Positions 9,401 through 17,194 of a stretch of DNA of 32,000 nt are shown piece after piece. The notes below the pieces were generated by a model. The model saw only the letters and a program-made list of their open reading frames with translations. It searched no databases and was not told the DNA's origin. The stretch's first letter is position 1. The number at the start of each line of letters is the position of its first letter. Both the position numbers and the translations under genes were made by a program. Source of the stretch: Cereibacter sphaeroides 2.4.1 (GTDB lineage Bacteria > Pseudomonadota > Alphaproteobacteria > Rhodobacterales > Rhodobacteraceae); assembly GCF_000012905.2 (NCBI RefSeq), contig NC_007493.2, positions 1,110,001 to 1,142,000 of the forward strand. The letters are read 5' to 3'.

Positions 9401-10311
9401 TCTTTCTCGATCTGCCCCTGCTCACGGGAACGGAGCTGCCCCATTCCCCCCACTTCGGTGTGGCAGCAACGCCCTGGCCGGGGCAGGTTGCGGTCTGGAG
9501 CGCGACGCAGGATGCGGGCTATCGCCTGAACCGGCTTCTGGGCGTGGCTGCGACGGCGGGCGTCACCGAGACGATCCTGCGGGCTGCACCGATGGGGCGA
9601 TGGGACATGGGCGCGCCGCTCCGGGTGCGGCTGCTGGGGCCGCCGCTCGCCGCGGCTTCGGATCTCGAGGTGCTGAACGGAGCCAACCTCATGGCCATCG
9701 GCGACGGCCGACCCGACGGGTGGGAGCTCTTCCAGTTCGCGGACGCGCGGCTGGTTTCGCCGCGGGTCTGGGAGCTTTCGCGCAGGCTCCGGGGGCAGGC
9801 GGGAACGGATGGGCAGATGCCCGAGATCTGGCCCGAGGGCAGCACGGTCGTTCTCGTCAACGGCGCCCTGACGCAGCTTCAGATGCCGCTCGCCGACCGG
9901 GGGCTCGCCCGGCATTATCGGATCGGCGCCGCCGCCCGCGGCTACGACGACCCGGACACAGTCCACCGGGTTCAGGCTTTCGCAGGGGTCGGGCTCCGGC
10001 CCTATTCGCCGGTCCATCTGGCGGTGGAGCGGGACGGGGAGCACATCCTGCTGCGCTGGATCCGTCGCACCCGCATCGACGGCGACAGCTGGGAGGGGCG
10101 CGAGGTGCCGCTGGGAGAGGAGAGCGAGCTTTATCTGGTCCGCGTCGTGGCGTGGGGAGAGGTACGCCGGCAGGAGGAGGTGAGGGAGCCCCGCTGGACA
10201 TACACCGGGGCCGCGCAGGCGGCGGATGGTGTGGGAAGCGCCTTCGTCCTCGAAGTCGCCCAGGTATCGGAGAGCTTCGGGCCCGGGCCGTTCCGGCGCA
10301 TCGCGCTCTGA
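6421..10311 (+). CDS. Large host-specificity / tail baseplate protein (RcGTA g15 equivalent)
   Basis: 1296-aa ORF whose start overlaps the g14 stop (TGATG). It has a Gly/Ala-rich hydrophobic N-terminus and conserved-looking blocks (YSYSVNLAVALCEG, RIWADG, YRGIAYVVIEDLDL, FGNRVPQFSFEV). It is the last and largest gene of GTA clusters. Confidence 0.9.
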   Translation: MATLLLAAAGSAIGAGFSGTVLGLTGAVIGRAIGATVGQLIDQRLMGAGSQTVRTGRIERFRLMGAGEGAPVAQLFGRNRVAGQVIWASRFLESQSESTGGGKGGGPRSTVVSYSYSVNLAVALCEGEILRVGRIWADGAEIATGSLNLRLYRGTEGQLPDPKIEAVEGAGMAPAYRGIAYVVIEDLDLARFGNRVPQFSFEVMRAAQGALADRVMTLQRAVKGVALIPGTGEYALATSRLAYRPDPGETEVANVHTASGESDMRSSLAQLRGELPACRSVSLVVSWFGSDLRCGACEIRPKVEGHLDAATMAWRSGGIDRAQAERVARIDDRPVYGGTPADAAVVEAIHALKAQNLSVLYYPFILMEQLPGNDLPDPWSGAAGQPVLPWRGRITLSTAPGQPGTPDRTGAAEDEVRAFFGDAEPRQFRIEDGRVLYDGADEWRYRRFILHAAWLCRLAGGVEAFCVGSELRGLTAIRGADDSFPAVAELRRLAADVRGILGPEVKIGYAADWSEWSSLHADGNLYFHLDPLWSDPNIDFIGIDNYMPLSDWREAETHADARWPSVQDLGYLKSNIAGGEGFAWYYPDEAAAAAQDRRPITDADFGEPWVHRPKDLRSWWSLPHHERIDGVRLAQPTGWVPRSKPIWFTEYGCPALDLGSNQPNLFIDPKSSESALPRGSSGRRDDGIAMNYLRAMAEYWQDEANNPVSDLYGGSMVDMDRAHAWAWDARPFPAFPALGDVWSDGSNYARGHWLNGRAASQPLSAVVAEICERSGVTAIDVTQLQGVVRGYGISEVVSARAALQPLMLAYGFEALERDGKLIFRMRDGRAKAEVSREDLVASDDLEGALERVRAAEVETAGRVRLHFLEAEGDYEARQVEAAFPDEATFAVSQSEVPLVLTSGEARGAVERWLAEARVARDSLRLALPRSALAFGAGDVLEIEGRRYRIDRLDQAECQLAEAVRVEPGIYRPADMAEEQVRARRIAASGPVRPIFLDLPLLTGTELPHSPHFGVAATPWPGQVAVWSATQDAGYRLNRLLGVAATAGVTETILRAAPMGRWDMGAPLRVRLLGPPLAAASDLEVLNGANLMAIGDGRPDGWELFQFADARLVSPRVWELSRRLRGQAGTDGQMPEIWPEGSTVVLVNGALTQLQMPLADRGLARHYRIGAAARGYDDPDTVHRVQAFAGVGLRPYSPVHLAVERDGEHILLRWIRRTRIDGDSWEGREVPLGEESELYLVRVVAWGEVRRQEEVREPRWTYTGAAQAADGVGSAFVLEVAQVSESFGPGPFRRIAL

Positions 10312-10314
10312 CCC

Positions 10315-10728
10315 ATGCGGCGGGTTCTCCTCGCCGACCTCCTTGCCGTAGCAAACTGGCTCGCGCCGATGCCGCCGGGGCAGAGACCGGAGGCGCTGGC
10401 AACCCTCATCGAGCGGGCGCATCTCGCTCACAAGGTCTCCAGACGGCTCGGCCACGCGCATCCCTTATGGGGAAACGGGTGCCTCGCCTCGGCCGTGGCC
10501 GGGCTCGCGCACCGCAGCGAGGGGCACGACCCGGATCCCGACCAGCTCGAGTCCCTGGCCCTGGTGGCCGCTGCCGTCGCCGGACGGCAACGGCGGGCGC
10601 AGGCCCTCCGCGAGGGGCGAGGCCGAAAGAAGGCACCTTCGGAAAGTGAATGCGTCCCTTCCCCTGTCGGCCGGAGTGACTATGTGGTATTTTCGGCGGT
10701 GACGAGGAAAGGACGCTGCAATGGCTGA
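10315..10728 (+). CDS. Hypothetical protein, possibly co-transcribed with the GTA cluster. No function assigned.
   Basis: The ATG lies 3 nt after the g15 stop. GC3 is high (about 85%) through roughly the first 100 codons. The last ~30 codons run through a lower-GC, promoter-like stretch and overlap the cysE start by 8 nt. There is no clear Shine-Dalgarno sequence. Confidence 0.35.
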   Translation: MRRVLLADLLAVANWLAPMPPGQRPEALATLIERAHLAHKVSRRLGHAHPLWGNGCLASAVAGLAHRSEGHDPDPDQLESLALVAAAVAGRQRRAQALREGRGRKKAPSESECVPSPVGRSDYVVFSAVTRKGRCNG

Positions 10729-11527
10729 GGCAAGACCCCGTGTTGCGACAGTGGACCCGGTCTGGCAACGGATCGTGGAAGAGGGCCATGCCGCCATCCT
10801 TGCCGAGCCTCTTCTCGGCGGACTCGTTCATTCGAGCCTCCTGCACCATCCGTCCATGGAACGGGCGCTCGCCTACCGCTTTTCGCTGAAGCTCGCTTCG
10901 GGCGAGATGAGCGAGCAGATCCTGCGCGAGATCGCGGACGAGGCCTATGCGTCGGATCCGGAGCTCGGGCAGATGGCGCGGGCCGACATGGTCGCCGTCT
11001 ACGAGCGCGACCCCGCCTGCCATCGCTTCCTGCAGCCGATCCTCTTCTTCAAGGGCTATCAGGCGGTTCAGGCCTATCGCGTGGGCCACTGGCTCTGGAC
11101 GAACGGACGGCAGGACCTGGCCTATTTCGTGCAGATGCGCGTGTCGGAAGCCTTCGGCGTCGATGTCCACCCAGCCGCCCGGATCGGGCGCGGCATCATG
11201 ATCGACCATGCGCATTCCATCGTCATCGGCGAGACGGCCGTCGTGGGCGACAATGTCTCGATGCTCCATTCGGTCACGCTCGGCGGCACCGGCAAGGAGG
11301 ATGGCGACCGCCATCCGAAGATCGGCAACGGGGTGCTGATTGGGGCAGGGGCCAAGGTGCTCGGCAACATCCATGTGGGCCATTGCAGCCGGATCGCGGC
11401 CGGCTCGGTCGTGCTGCAGGACGTGCCGCCCTGCACGACGGTGGCGGGCGTGCCAGCCCGCGTGGTGGGGGAAGCGGGCTGCGCACAGCCCGCCGTCACG
11501 ATGGACCATCTGCTCAGCGACGGGTGA
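10721..11527 (+). CDS. cysE: Serine O-acetyltransferase
   Basis: 268 aa. It has an N-terminal SAT helical domain (VDPVWQRIVEEG...LAYRFSLKL) and left-handed beta-helix hexapeptide repeats (IHPAARIGRGIMIDHAHSIVIGETAVVGDNVSMLHSVTLGGTGKEDGDRHPKIGNGVLIGAGAKVLGNI). Confidence 0.9.
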   Translation: MAEARPRVATVDPVWQRIVEEGHAAILAEPLLGGLVHSSLLHHPSMERALAYRFSLKLASGEMSEQILREIADEAYASDPELGQMARADMVAVYERDPACHRFLQPILFFKGYQAVQAYRVGHWLWTNGRQDLAYFVQMRVSEAFGVDVHPAARIGRGIMIDHAHSIVIGETAVVGDNVSMLHSVTLGGTGKEDGDRHPKIGNGVLIGAGAKVLGNIHVGHCSRIAAGSVVLQDVPPCTTVAGVPARVVGEAGCAQPAVTMDHLLSDG

Positions 11528-11536
11528 GCTGCCCGA

Positions 11537-11580
11537 CATGAAGAAGGGGCCGATCCGCAAGGATCGGCCCCTTCTTCATG
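11537..11580. terminator. Bidirectional terminator hairpin between the convergent genes cysE and pdhC
   Basis: Perfect 20-bp inverted repeat: CATGAAGAAGGGGCCGATCC, loop GCAA, GGATCGGCCCCTTCTTCATG. Confidence 0.7.
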
Positions 11581-11596
11581 TCCAGAGCGTGCAGCG

Positions 11597-11619
11597 GGCG
11601 CTCCCTCGCGAGGAGCGCC
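11597..11619 (-). terminator. Second stem-loop immediately downstream of the pdhC stop
   Basis: GGCGCTCC, loop CTCGCGA, GGAGCGCC (8-bp stem), 8 nt beyond the pdhC stop codon. No clear U-tract. Confidence 0.4.
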
Positions 11620-11626
11620 GCCGGCG

Positions 11627-12955
11627 TCAGGCCAGCATGGCGATCGGGTTCTCGAGATTCTCGACGATCGCCTTCAGGAACTCGGCCCCCAGCGCGCCGT
11701 CGATCACCCGGTGGTCCACCGAGAGCGTCATCGACATCATGGTGGCCGTCGTGATCGCGCCGTCCTTGCCCACCACCGGCTTGCGGATGCCTGCGCCGAC
11801 GGCGAGGATCGAGCCGTGCGGCGGGTTGATGACCGCATCGAAATTCTCGACCCCGAACATGCCGAGGTTCGAGATCGCGAAGCTGCCGCCCTGATATTCG
11901 TGCGGTGCGAGCTTCTTCGTGCGGGCGCGGGCGGCGAGATCCTTCATCTCGGCCGACAGCGCCGACAGGCTCTTCTGGTGCGCATCGCGCAGGACCGGCG
12001 TGAAGAGCCCGCCCTCGATCGCCACGGCCACCGCCACGTCCGAGGGCTTCAGCCGCAGGATCCGGTCTCCGGCCCAGACGGCATTCGCGTTCGGCACCTG
12101 CTGGAGCGCCACCGCACAGGCCTTGATGATGAAGTCGTTGACCGAGAGCTTTACGCCCCGGCTCTCGAGCTTCGCATTGAGATCGGCGCGGAAAGCCATC
12201 AGCGCATCCAGAGCCACCTCGCGCCGGAGGTAGAAGTGCGGGATGGTCTGCTTGGCCTCGGACAGACGCGCGGCAATGGTCTTGCGCATCCCGTCGAGGG
12301 TCACTTCCTCATAGTCGCGATCCGCGAAGAGCTTCGCCACCGAAGCCGCGGAGGCGGCCGGCGCGGCGACGGGCGCGGCCGCAGCGGCGGGCGCTTCTGC
12401 CTTCGGTGCCGCGGCGTCCGCCTTGGCGGCGGGAGCGGCCGAGGGTTGCGCCCCCTCGACATCGGCCTTCACGATCCGGCCGCGCGGGCCCGAGCCCTGC
12501 ACCGCGGCAAGGTCGATCCCCTTCTCCTTGGCGATCCGGCGGGCGAGCGGCGAGGCGAAGACGCGCTCTCCCTCGGATCGGGCCGCCTGCGCCGCGGGCG
12601 CCTTGGCGGCCGGGGCAGGGGCCTCCTTCGGAGCCCCCTGCGCGGGTGCGGCCTCGTCGGCCGGTTCCTGCGGCTCCGGCACCTTGGCGGAGGACACGGC
12701 GTCCACGCTCTCGCCCTCTTCCACCAGCACGGCGATGGGCGTGTTGACCTTCACGCCTGCCGTGCCCTCGGCGATCAGGATCTTGCCGAGGATGCCCTCG
12801 TCGACCGCCTCGAACTCCATGGTGGCCTTGTCGGTCTCGATCTCGGCGATGATGTCGCCCGAGCGGACCTCATCCCCTTCCTTCTTCAGCCATTTCGCGA
12901 GCGTCCCCTCCTCCATCGTCGGAGACAGCGCGGGCATCAGGATCTCGGTTGCCAT
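11627..12955 (-). CDS. pdhC: Pyruvate dehydrogenase complex E2, dihydrolipoyllysine-residue acetyltransferase
   Basis: 442 aa. It has a lipoyl domain ([15 protein letters not shown]), an Ala/Pro linker, an E3-binding domain ([16 protein letters not shown]) and a catalytic domain with the DHRVIDGA motif. Confidence 0.95.
   Translation of the reverse strand: MATEILMPALSPTMEEGTLAKWLKKEGDEVRSGDIIAEIETDKATMEFEAVDEGILGKILIAEGTAGVKVNTPIAVLVEEGESVDAVSSAKVPEPQEPADEAAPAQGAPKEAPAPAAKAPAAQAARSEGERVFASPLARRIAKEKGIDLAAVQGSGPRGRIVKADVEGAQPSAAPAAKADAAAPKAEAPAAAAAPVAAPAASAASVAKLFADRDYEEVTLDGMRKTIAARLSEAKQTIPHFYLRREVALDALMAFRADLNAKLESRGVKLSVNDFIIKACAVALQQVPNANAVWAGDRILRLKPSDVAVAVAIEGGLFTPVLRDAHQKSLSALSAEMKDLAARARTKKLAPHEYQGGSFAISNLGMFGVENFDAVINPPHGSILAVGAGIRKPVVGKDGAITTATMMSMTLSVDHRVIDGALGAEFLKAIVENLENPIAMLA
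12716..12955 (-). repeat. DNA encoding the pdhC lipoyl domain, paralogous to 14118-14357
   Basis: The first ~80 codons of pdhC and pdhB encode near-identical lipoyl domains ([23 protein letters not shown]... versus [23 protein letters not shown]...). The DNA is visibly similar by eye, roughly four-fifths identical (not computed). Confidence 0.8.
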
Positions 12956-12965
12956 GGGCTTCTCC

Positions 12966-14357
12966 TCAGCGGTAGCAGACGGATTTCGCGGCCTCGACCA
13001 CCTCGGCCGTGGTCACGAGCGCGTGCTTCTCGAGATTGGCGGCATAGGGCATCGGCACGTCCTTGCCCGTCAGGTTCAGCACCGGCGCATCGAGCCAGTC
13101 GAAGGCCTGCTGCATGATCGTCGCGGCGAGATGGTTGCCGATGGAGCCCACCGGCCAGCCCTCCTCGACGGTGATGCAGCGGTTGGTCTTCTTCACCGAC
13201 TCGATCACCGTCTCGTAATCGATGGGGCGCAGCGTGCGCAGGTCGATCACCTCGGCCGAGATGCCCTCGGCGGCGAGCTTGTCGGCCGCTTCCAGCGCAT
13301 AGGTCATGCCGATGCCGAAGGAGACGATGGTGACATCCGTCCCCTCGCGCCAGATCCGGGCCTTGCCGAAGGGGATCGTGAAATCGTCCATCACCGGCAC
13401 CTCGAAGGACCGGCCGTAGAGGATCTCGTTCTCGAGGAAGATCACCGGGTTCGGGTCGCGGATCGCGGTCTTCAGAAGACCTTTCGCATCCGCCGCCGAA
13501 TAGGGCATCACCACCCTGAGGCCGGGGATCTGCGCATACCACGCCGCATAATCCTGGCTGTGCTGGGCGCCCACGCGCGCGGCGGCGCCGTTCGGGCCGC
13601 GGAACACGATGGGGCAGCCCATCTGACCGCCCGACATGTAGAGCGTCTTGGCGGCCGAGTTGATGATCTGGTCGATCGCCTGCATGGCGAAGTTGAAGGT
13701 CATGAACTCGACGATGGGGCGGAGCCCGCCGAAGGCCGCGCCGACCGCGATGCCGGCGAAGCCATGCTCGGTGATCGGCGTGTCGACCACGCGCCGGTCG
13801 CCGAACTCGTCCAGAAGGCCCTGGCTGATCTTGTAGGCGCCCTGATACTCGCCCACTTCCTCGCCCATCAGGAAGACATGCTCGTCGCCGCGCATCTCTT
13901 CCGCCATCGCCTCGCGGAGCGCCTCGCGCACCGTCATGGTCTTCATCTGCGTGCCGTCCGGCCAGTCGGGCGAGCGGTCGCGCTTGCCCGGCACCGGGGC
14001 GCCCGGCGAGGAGACGAGCGGCTCGTCCACGGCCTTGCCTTCCGAGGCTTCGGCGGGCTCGGGCTGCTTTTCCTTCTGGGTCGGGACCGGAGCCTGCACC
14101 TCGTCGGCGCTCTCCCCCTCCTCGACCAGAACGGCGATGGGCGTGTTCACCTTCACGCCGGACGTGCCCTCGGCCACGAGCAGCTTGCCCACCGTGCCCT
14201 CGTCGACGGCCTCGAATTCCATCGTGGCCTTGTCGGTCTCGATCTCGGCGATGATCTGGCCGGACTTGACCGCATCGCCTTCCTTCACCAGCCATTTGGC
14301 GAGCGTGCCTTCCTCCATCGTCGGCGACAGGGCGGGCATCAGAACCTGGGTTGCCAT
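12966..14357 (-). CDS. pdhB: Pyruvate dehydrogenase E1 component beta subunit with an N-terminal lipoyl domain
   Basis: 463 aa. A lipoyl domain and linker are followed by the transketolase-like beta subunit ([15 protein letters not shown]..., [35 protein letters not shown]). This fusion is typical of alphaproteobacteria. Confidence 0.95.
   Translation of the reverse strand: MATQVLMPALSPTMEEGTLAKWLVKEGDAVKSGQIIAEIETDKATMEFEAVDEGTVGKLLVAEGTSGVKVNTPIAVLVEEGESADEVQAPVPTQKEKQPEPAEASEGKAVDEPLVSSPGAPVPGKRDRSPDWPDGTQMKTMTVREALREAMAEEMRGDEHVFLMGEEVGEYQGAYKISQGLLDEFGDRRVVDTPITEHGFAGIAVGAAFGGLRPIVEFMTFNFAMQAIDQIINSAAKTLYMSGGQMGCPIVFRGPNGAAARVGAQHSQDYAAWYAQIPGLRVVMPYSAADAKGLLKTAIRDPNPVIFLENEILYGRSFEVPVMDDFTIPFGKARIWREGTDVTIVSFGIGMTYALEAADKLAAEGISAEVIDLRTLRPIDYETVIESVKKTNRCITVEEGWPVGSIGNHLAATIMQQAFDWLDAPVLNLTGKDVPMPYAANLEKHALVTTAEVVEAAKSVCYR
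14118..14357 (-). repeat. DNA encoding the pdhB lipoyl domain, paralogous to 12716-12955
   Basis: See the partner repeat. Same orientation, about 1.4 kb apart. Confidence 0.8.
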
Positions 14358-14370
14358 GCGTCTTTACTCC

Positions 14371-15360
14371 TCAGGCGTAGATGTCGGTCCAGAGTTCCTC
14401 GAGCGCGGGCTCGGGGCTCTCCTTGGCGAAGTCGGCGGCCTCGTTCACCACGGCCTTGATCTCCTTGTCGATCGCCTTGAGGTCGTCGTCGGTCGCGAGA
14501 TTGCCCTGGATCAGCAGGTCGCGGACATGTTCGATCGCGTCCTTCTCGTCGCGCATCCGCTGGACTTCCTCGCGGGTGCGATATTTGGCCGGGTCGGACA
14601 TGGAGTGGCCCCGGTAGCGGTAGGTCATCATCTCGAGAATGTAGGGCCCCTGGCCCGCGCGGCAGGCGGCGACCGCCTTCTCGCCCGCGGCCTTCACGGC
14701 CAGCACATCCATGCCGTCCACCGACTCGCCCTTGATGCCGTAGGCCGCGCCGCGCTCCCAGAGCGAGGGCGATTTCGTCGAGCGCTTCACGCTGGTGCCC
14801 ATCGCATACTGGTTGTTCTCGATCACGAAGATCACCGGCAGGCTCCAGAGCCGGGCCATGTTGTAGGCCTCGTAGACCTGGCCCTGGTTCGCGGCACCGT
14901 CGCCGAAATAGGTGAAGGTGACATTGTCGTTGCCGAGATAGCGGTCGGCGAAGGCCAGCCCCGCGCCGAGCGGCACCTGGGCGCCCACGATGCCGTGGCC
15001 GCCGTAGAAATGCTTCTCTTTCGAGAACATGTGCATCGAGCCGCCCTTGCCCTTCGAATAGCCGCCCTCGCGGCCCGTGAGCTCGGCCATCACGCCCTTG
15101 GCATCCATGCCGCAGGCCAGCATGTGGCCGTGGTCGCGGTAGGAGGTGATGCGCTTGTCCCCCTCCTTGGCGGCGGCTTCGAGGCCGACCACCACGGCTT
15201 CCTGGCCGATGTAGAGATGGCAGAAGCCGCCGATGAGGCCCATGCCGTAGAGTTGGCCCGCCTTCTCTTCGAAGCGGCGGATCAGGAGCATCTCGCGGTA
15301 GTAACGGACAAGCTCCTCCTTCGATGCGTTGGATTGCTCCGGCGATTTTCTGGTGGCCAT
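14371..15360 (-). CDS. pdhA: Pyruvate dehydrogenase E1 component alpha subunit
   Basis: 329 aa with a ThDP-binding region (YFGDGAANQGQVYEAYNMA...PVIFVIENNQYAMGTS) and YRYRGHSMSDP. GGGAGG lies upstream of the ATG. Confidence 0.95.
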   Translation of the reverse strand: MATRKSPEQSNASKEELVRYYREMLLIRRFEEKAGQLYGMGLIGGFCHLYIGQEAVVVGLEAAAKEGDKRITSYRDHGHMLACGMDAKGVMAELTGREGGYSKGKGGSMHMFSKEKHFYGGHGIVGAQVPLGAGLAFADRYLGNDNVTFTYFGDGAANQGQVYEAYNMARLWSLPVIFVIENNQYAMGTSVKRSTKSPSLWERGAAYGIKGESVDGMDVLAVKAAGEKAVAACRAGQGPYILEMMTYRYRGHSMSDPAKYRTREEVQRMRDEKDAIEHVRDLLIQGNLATDDDLKAIDKEIKAVVNEAADFAKESPEPALEELWTDIYA

Positions 15361-15582
15361 GGCGGCGCCTCCCGTCGAGACAAGTAGTTCAAGGCTAAAC
15401 TACCTTTAGCGCATCCCAGAAGCGGGGGCGAGAGCGAATCTGCGGCCCGGCGGGGGCGCGCTCTTCAGGCCCCTCCGGGGCCATCATCGCGCGCCGCTGC
15501 CGCGGACGCGGCACGGATCGCGCCCCGAAGCGAGGATGCAGGAAGACAAACGACAGGAAAGGGCCGGCGGTTTCCGCGCGTG

Positions 15583-15885
15583 TCAGCGGATGACGATCTC
15601 GTCGGCGCGGACATAGCCCAGCACCGAGCGGGCCTGCTCGTCCAGAAGGTCGAGATCGAGATAGCTGTCCGACAGCCGGCGCGTCCTGTTCTCCATATCG
15701 GCCAGCTCGGCGGCGATCCGGTCGCGCTCGCTGCGCAGCGCCTCGGCCTCGGCCTGGATCTGCACTTGCCGGAAGACACCATAGTCGCCCTGAACCGCGG
15801 CGAAGGTGAAATAGACGGAGAGCGAGAAGGCCAGCGCGAAATAGAGGCTGGCGCCGATGGCGGGGCGGGAGGTCGGGATGTTCAT
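15583..15885 (-). CDS. ftsB: Septum formation initiator family protein (FtsB/DivIC-like)
   Basis: 100 aa with one N-terminal transmembrane helix (ASLYFALAFSLSVYFTFAAV), a coiled coil (QIQAEAEALRSERDRIAAELADMENRTRRL) and a LDLDLLDEQAR tail. Placement upstream of pdhA is a common alphaproteobacterial arrangement. Confidence 0.8.
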   Translation of the reverse strand: MNIPTSRPAIGASLYFALAFSLSVYFTFAAVQGDYGVFRQVQIQAEAEALRSERDRIAAELADMENRTRRLSDSYLDLDLLDEQARSVLGYVRADEIVIR

Positions 15886-16090
15886 GCTCTGCCTCTGGTC
15901 ACGCCCCTCGTTCGGCGGGGGCGATGGCGCGCATCATGCCAGAGCGGGCCGTACTTGGGAAACGGAAAACGCGCGCTGGCCGTGGCGGCATGAGAGGCGA
16001 TCCCGGCGTAGGTCGGCCATCTGCCGACCGCGGGAAGATCGATGGCGGGGCTTATCGGTCGGGCCGGGGCATTCTGGCGTGCGGAGGAGC

Positions 16091-16150
16091 GAAAAGCCCG
16101 GAAGGGGCCCTTCGAAGGGCGGGGTTGGCCCTCCCCCGAGGGGAAGGGCC
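16091..16150 (-). terminator. GC-rich hairpin cluster downstream of the aldolase gene (candidate terminator)
   Basis: On the minus strand: GGCCCTTCCCC/GGGGAGGGCC (imperfect stem), the GCCCTTCGAAGGGC palindrome, then GCCC-CTTCC-GGGC followed by TTTTCG. The stems are short and the structures overlap, so the call is weak. Confidence 0.3.
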
Positions 16151-16163
16151 GGCAGGGCAGGCC

Positions 16164-17093
16164 TCAGGCGCGGCCCTTGTAGATGTCGACGAGCTTGCCG
16201 AGCATCGCGAGCGCGTCCTCGCGGCTGCGCTGGAAGCTGTTGCGGCCGATGATCGAGCCGTTCCCGCCGCCGTCGCGGATCGCACGGGCGTCGTCATAGA
16301 CCGAATCCTCGCCCTTCTTGGCGCCGCCCGAGAAGACCACGATGCGGCGGCCGGCGAAGGCCGAATCCATGCAGTGCTTCACGCGCGCGGCCTGGGTGGA
16401 GACGTCGATCTGCTGCGCCTCGTAGACCTTCTTCGCTTCGCCCAGCATCAGATGATCGGTCGAAAGCTTGATCTTGATGATATGGGCGCCGATCAGGGCC
16501 GCGATCTGCGCGGCATAGGCCGCCACGTCGATCGCCGTCTCGCCGTCCTTGCTGATCGCCTCGCCGCGCGGATAGGACCAGATCACGGTGGCGATCCCCT
16601 TGGCCGCGGCTTCCTTCCGCATGGCCACGATCCCTTCATACATGTCGAGCTGCGCATCCGAGCCCGGGTAGATCGTGAAGCCGATGGCCGCGCAGCCGAG
16701 CCGCAGCGCATCGTCGACCGACGCCGTGACCGCCTGGTTCTTGCCCGCGGTGTCGCTCATCAGCGAGTTGGCCGAGTTCACCTTCAGGATGGTCGGGATC
16801 TGGCCCGCGAACGTGTCGGCGCCGGCTTCCAGCATGCCGAGCGGGGCCGCATAGGCGCTGAGTCCCGCATCGATGGCGAGCTGGTAGTGGTAGTGGGGAT
16901 CGTACCCCGCCGGGTTCGGCGCGAAGGTGCGGGCCGGGCCGTGCTCGAAGCCCTGGTCGACCGGCAGGATGATCATCTTGCCCGTGCCGCCCAGTTTCCC
17001 CTCCATCAGCATCCGGCACAGGTTGGCCTTCACGCCGGGCGTTTCGCCCTCATAGTTGGCGAGGATCTTCTGAACTGCTCTGCTAGCGCGCAT
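16164..17093 (-). CDS. fbaB: Class I fructose-bisphosphate aldolase (DhnA/FbaB type)
   Basis: 309 aa. LPVDQGFEHGP, IIKIKLS (Schiff-base Lys context) and VVFSGGAKK...GGNGSIIGRNSFQR match the DhnA-type class I aldolase family. It is adjacent to pgk. Confidence 0.88.
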   Translation of the reverse strand: MRASRAVQKILANYEGETPGVKANLCRMLMEGKLGGTGKMIILPVDQGFEHGPARTFAPNPAGYDPHYHYQLAIDAGLSAYAAPLGMLEAGADTFAGQIPTILKVNSANSLMSDTAGKNQAVTASVDDALRLGCAAIGFTIYPGSDAQLDMYEGIVAMRKEAAAKGIATVIWSYPRGEAISKDGETAIDVAAYAAQIAALIGAHIIKIKLSTDHLMLGEAKKVYEAQQIDVSTQAARVKHCMDSAFAGRRIVVFSGGAKKGEDSVYDDARAIRDGGGNGSIIGRNSFQRSREDALAMLGKLVDIYKGRA

Positions 17094-17194
17094 TCCGCGG
17101 GTCCTTTCAATTGGGTCCCACGGGACTTAGACCGGCGAAATGCGCATATCAATGTTGTTCGCGCTAACTTGGCGCTGCGGCGCGGAAATTCGCC

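Noticed and set aside
7558-10461. 967-aa ORF on the minus strand, antisense to g15
   Set aside because: The composition is Arg/Pro/Gly/Ala-rich and low in complexity, typical of antisense frames in high-GC DNA. The region is fully occupied by the clearly homologous g15 on the plus strand.
15886-16163. Small ORFs in the ftsB-fbaB spacer (for example parts of 15857-16252 and 16052-16297)
   Set aside because: Their products are Arg/Gly-rich junk-like sequences. The region is better explained by terminator hairpins and the ftsB promoter.
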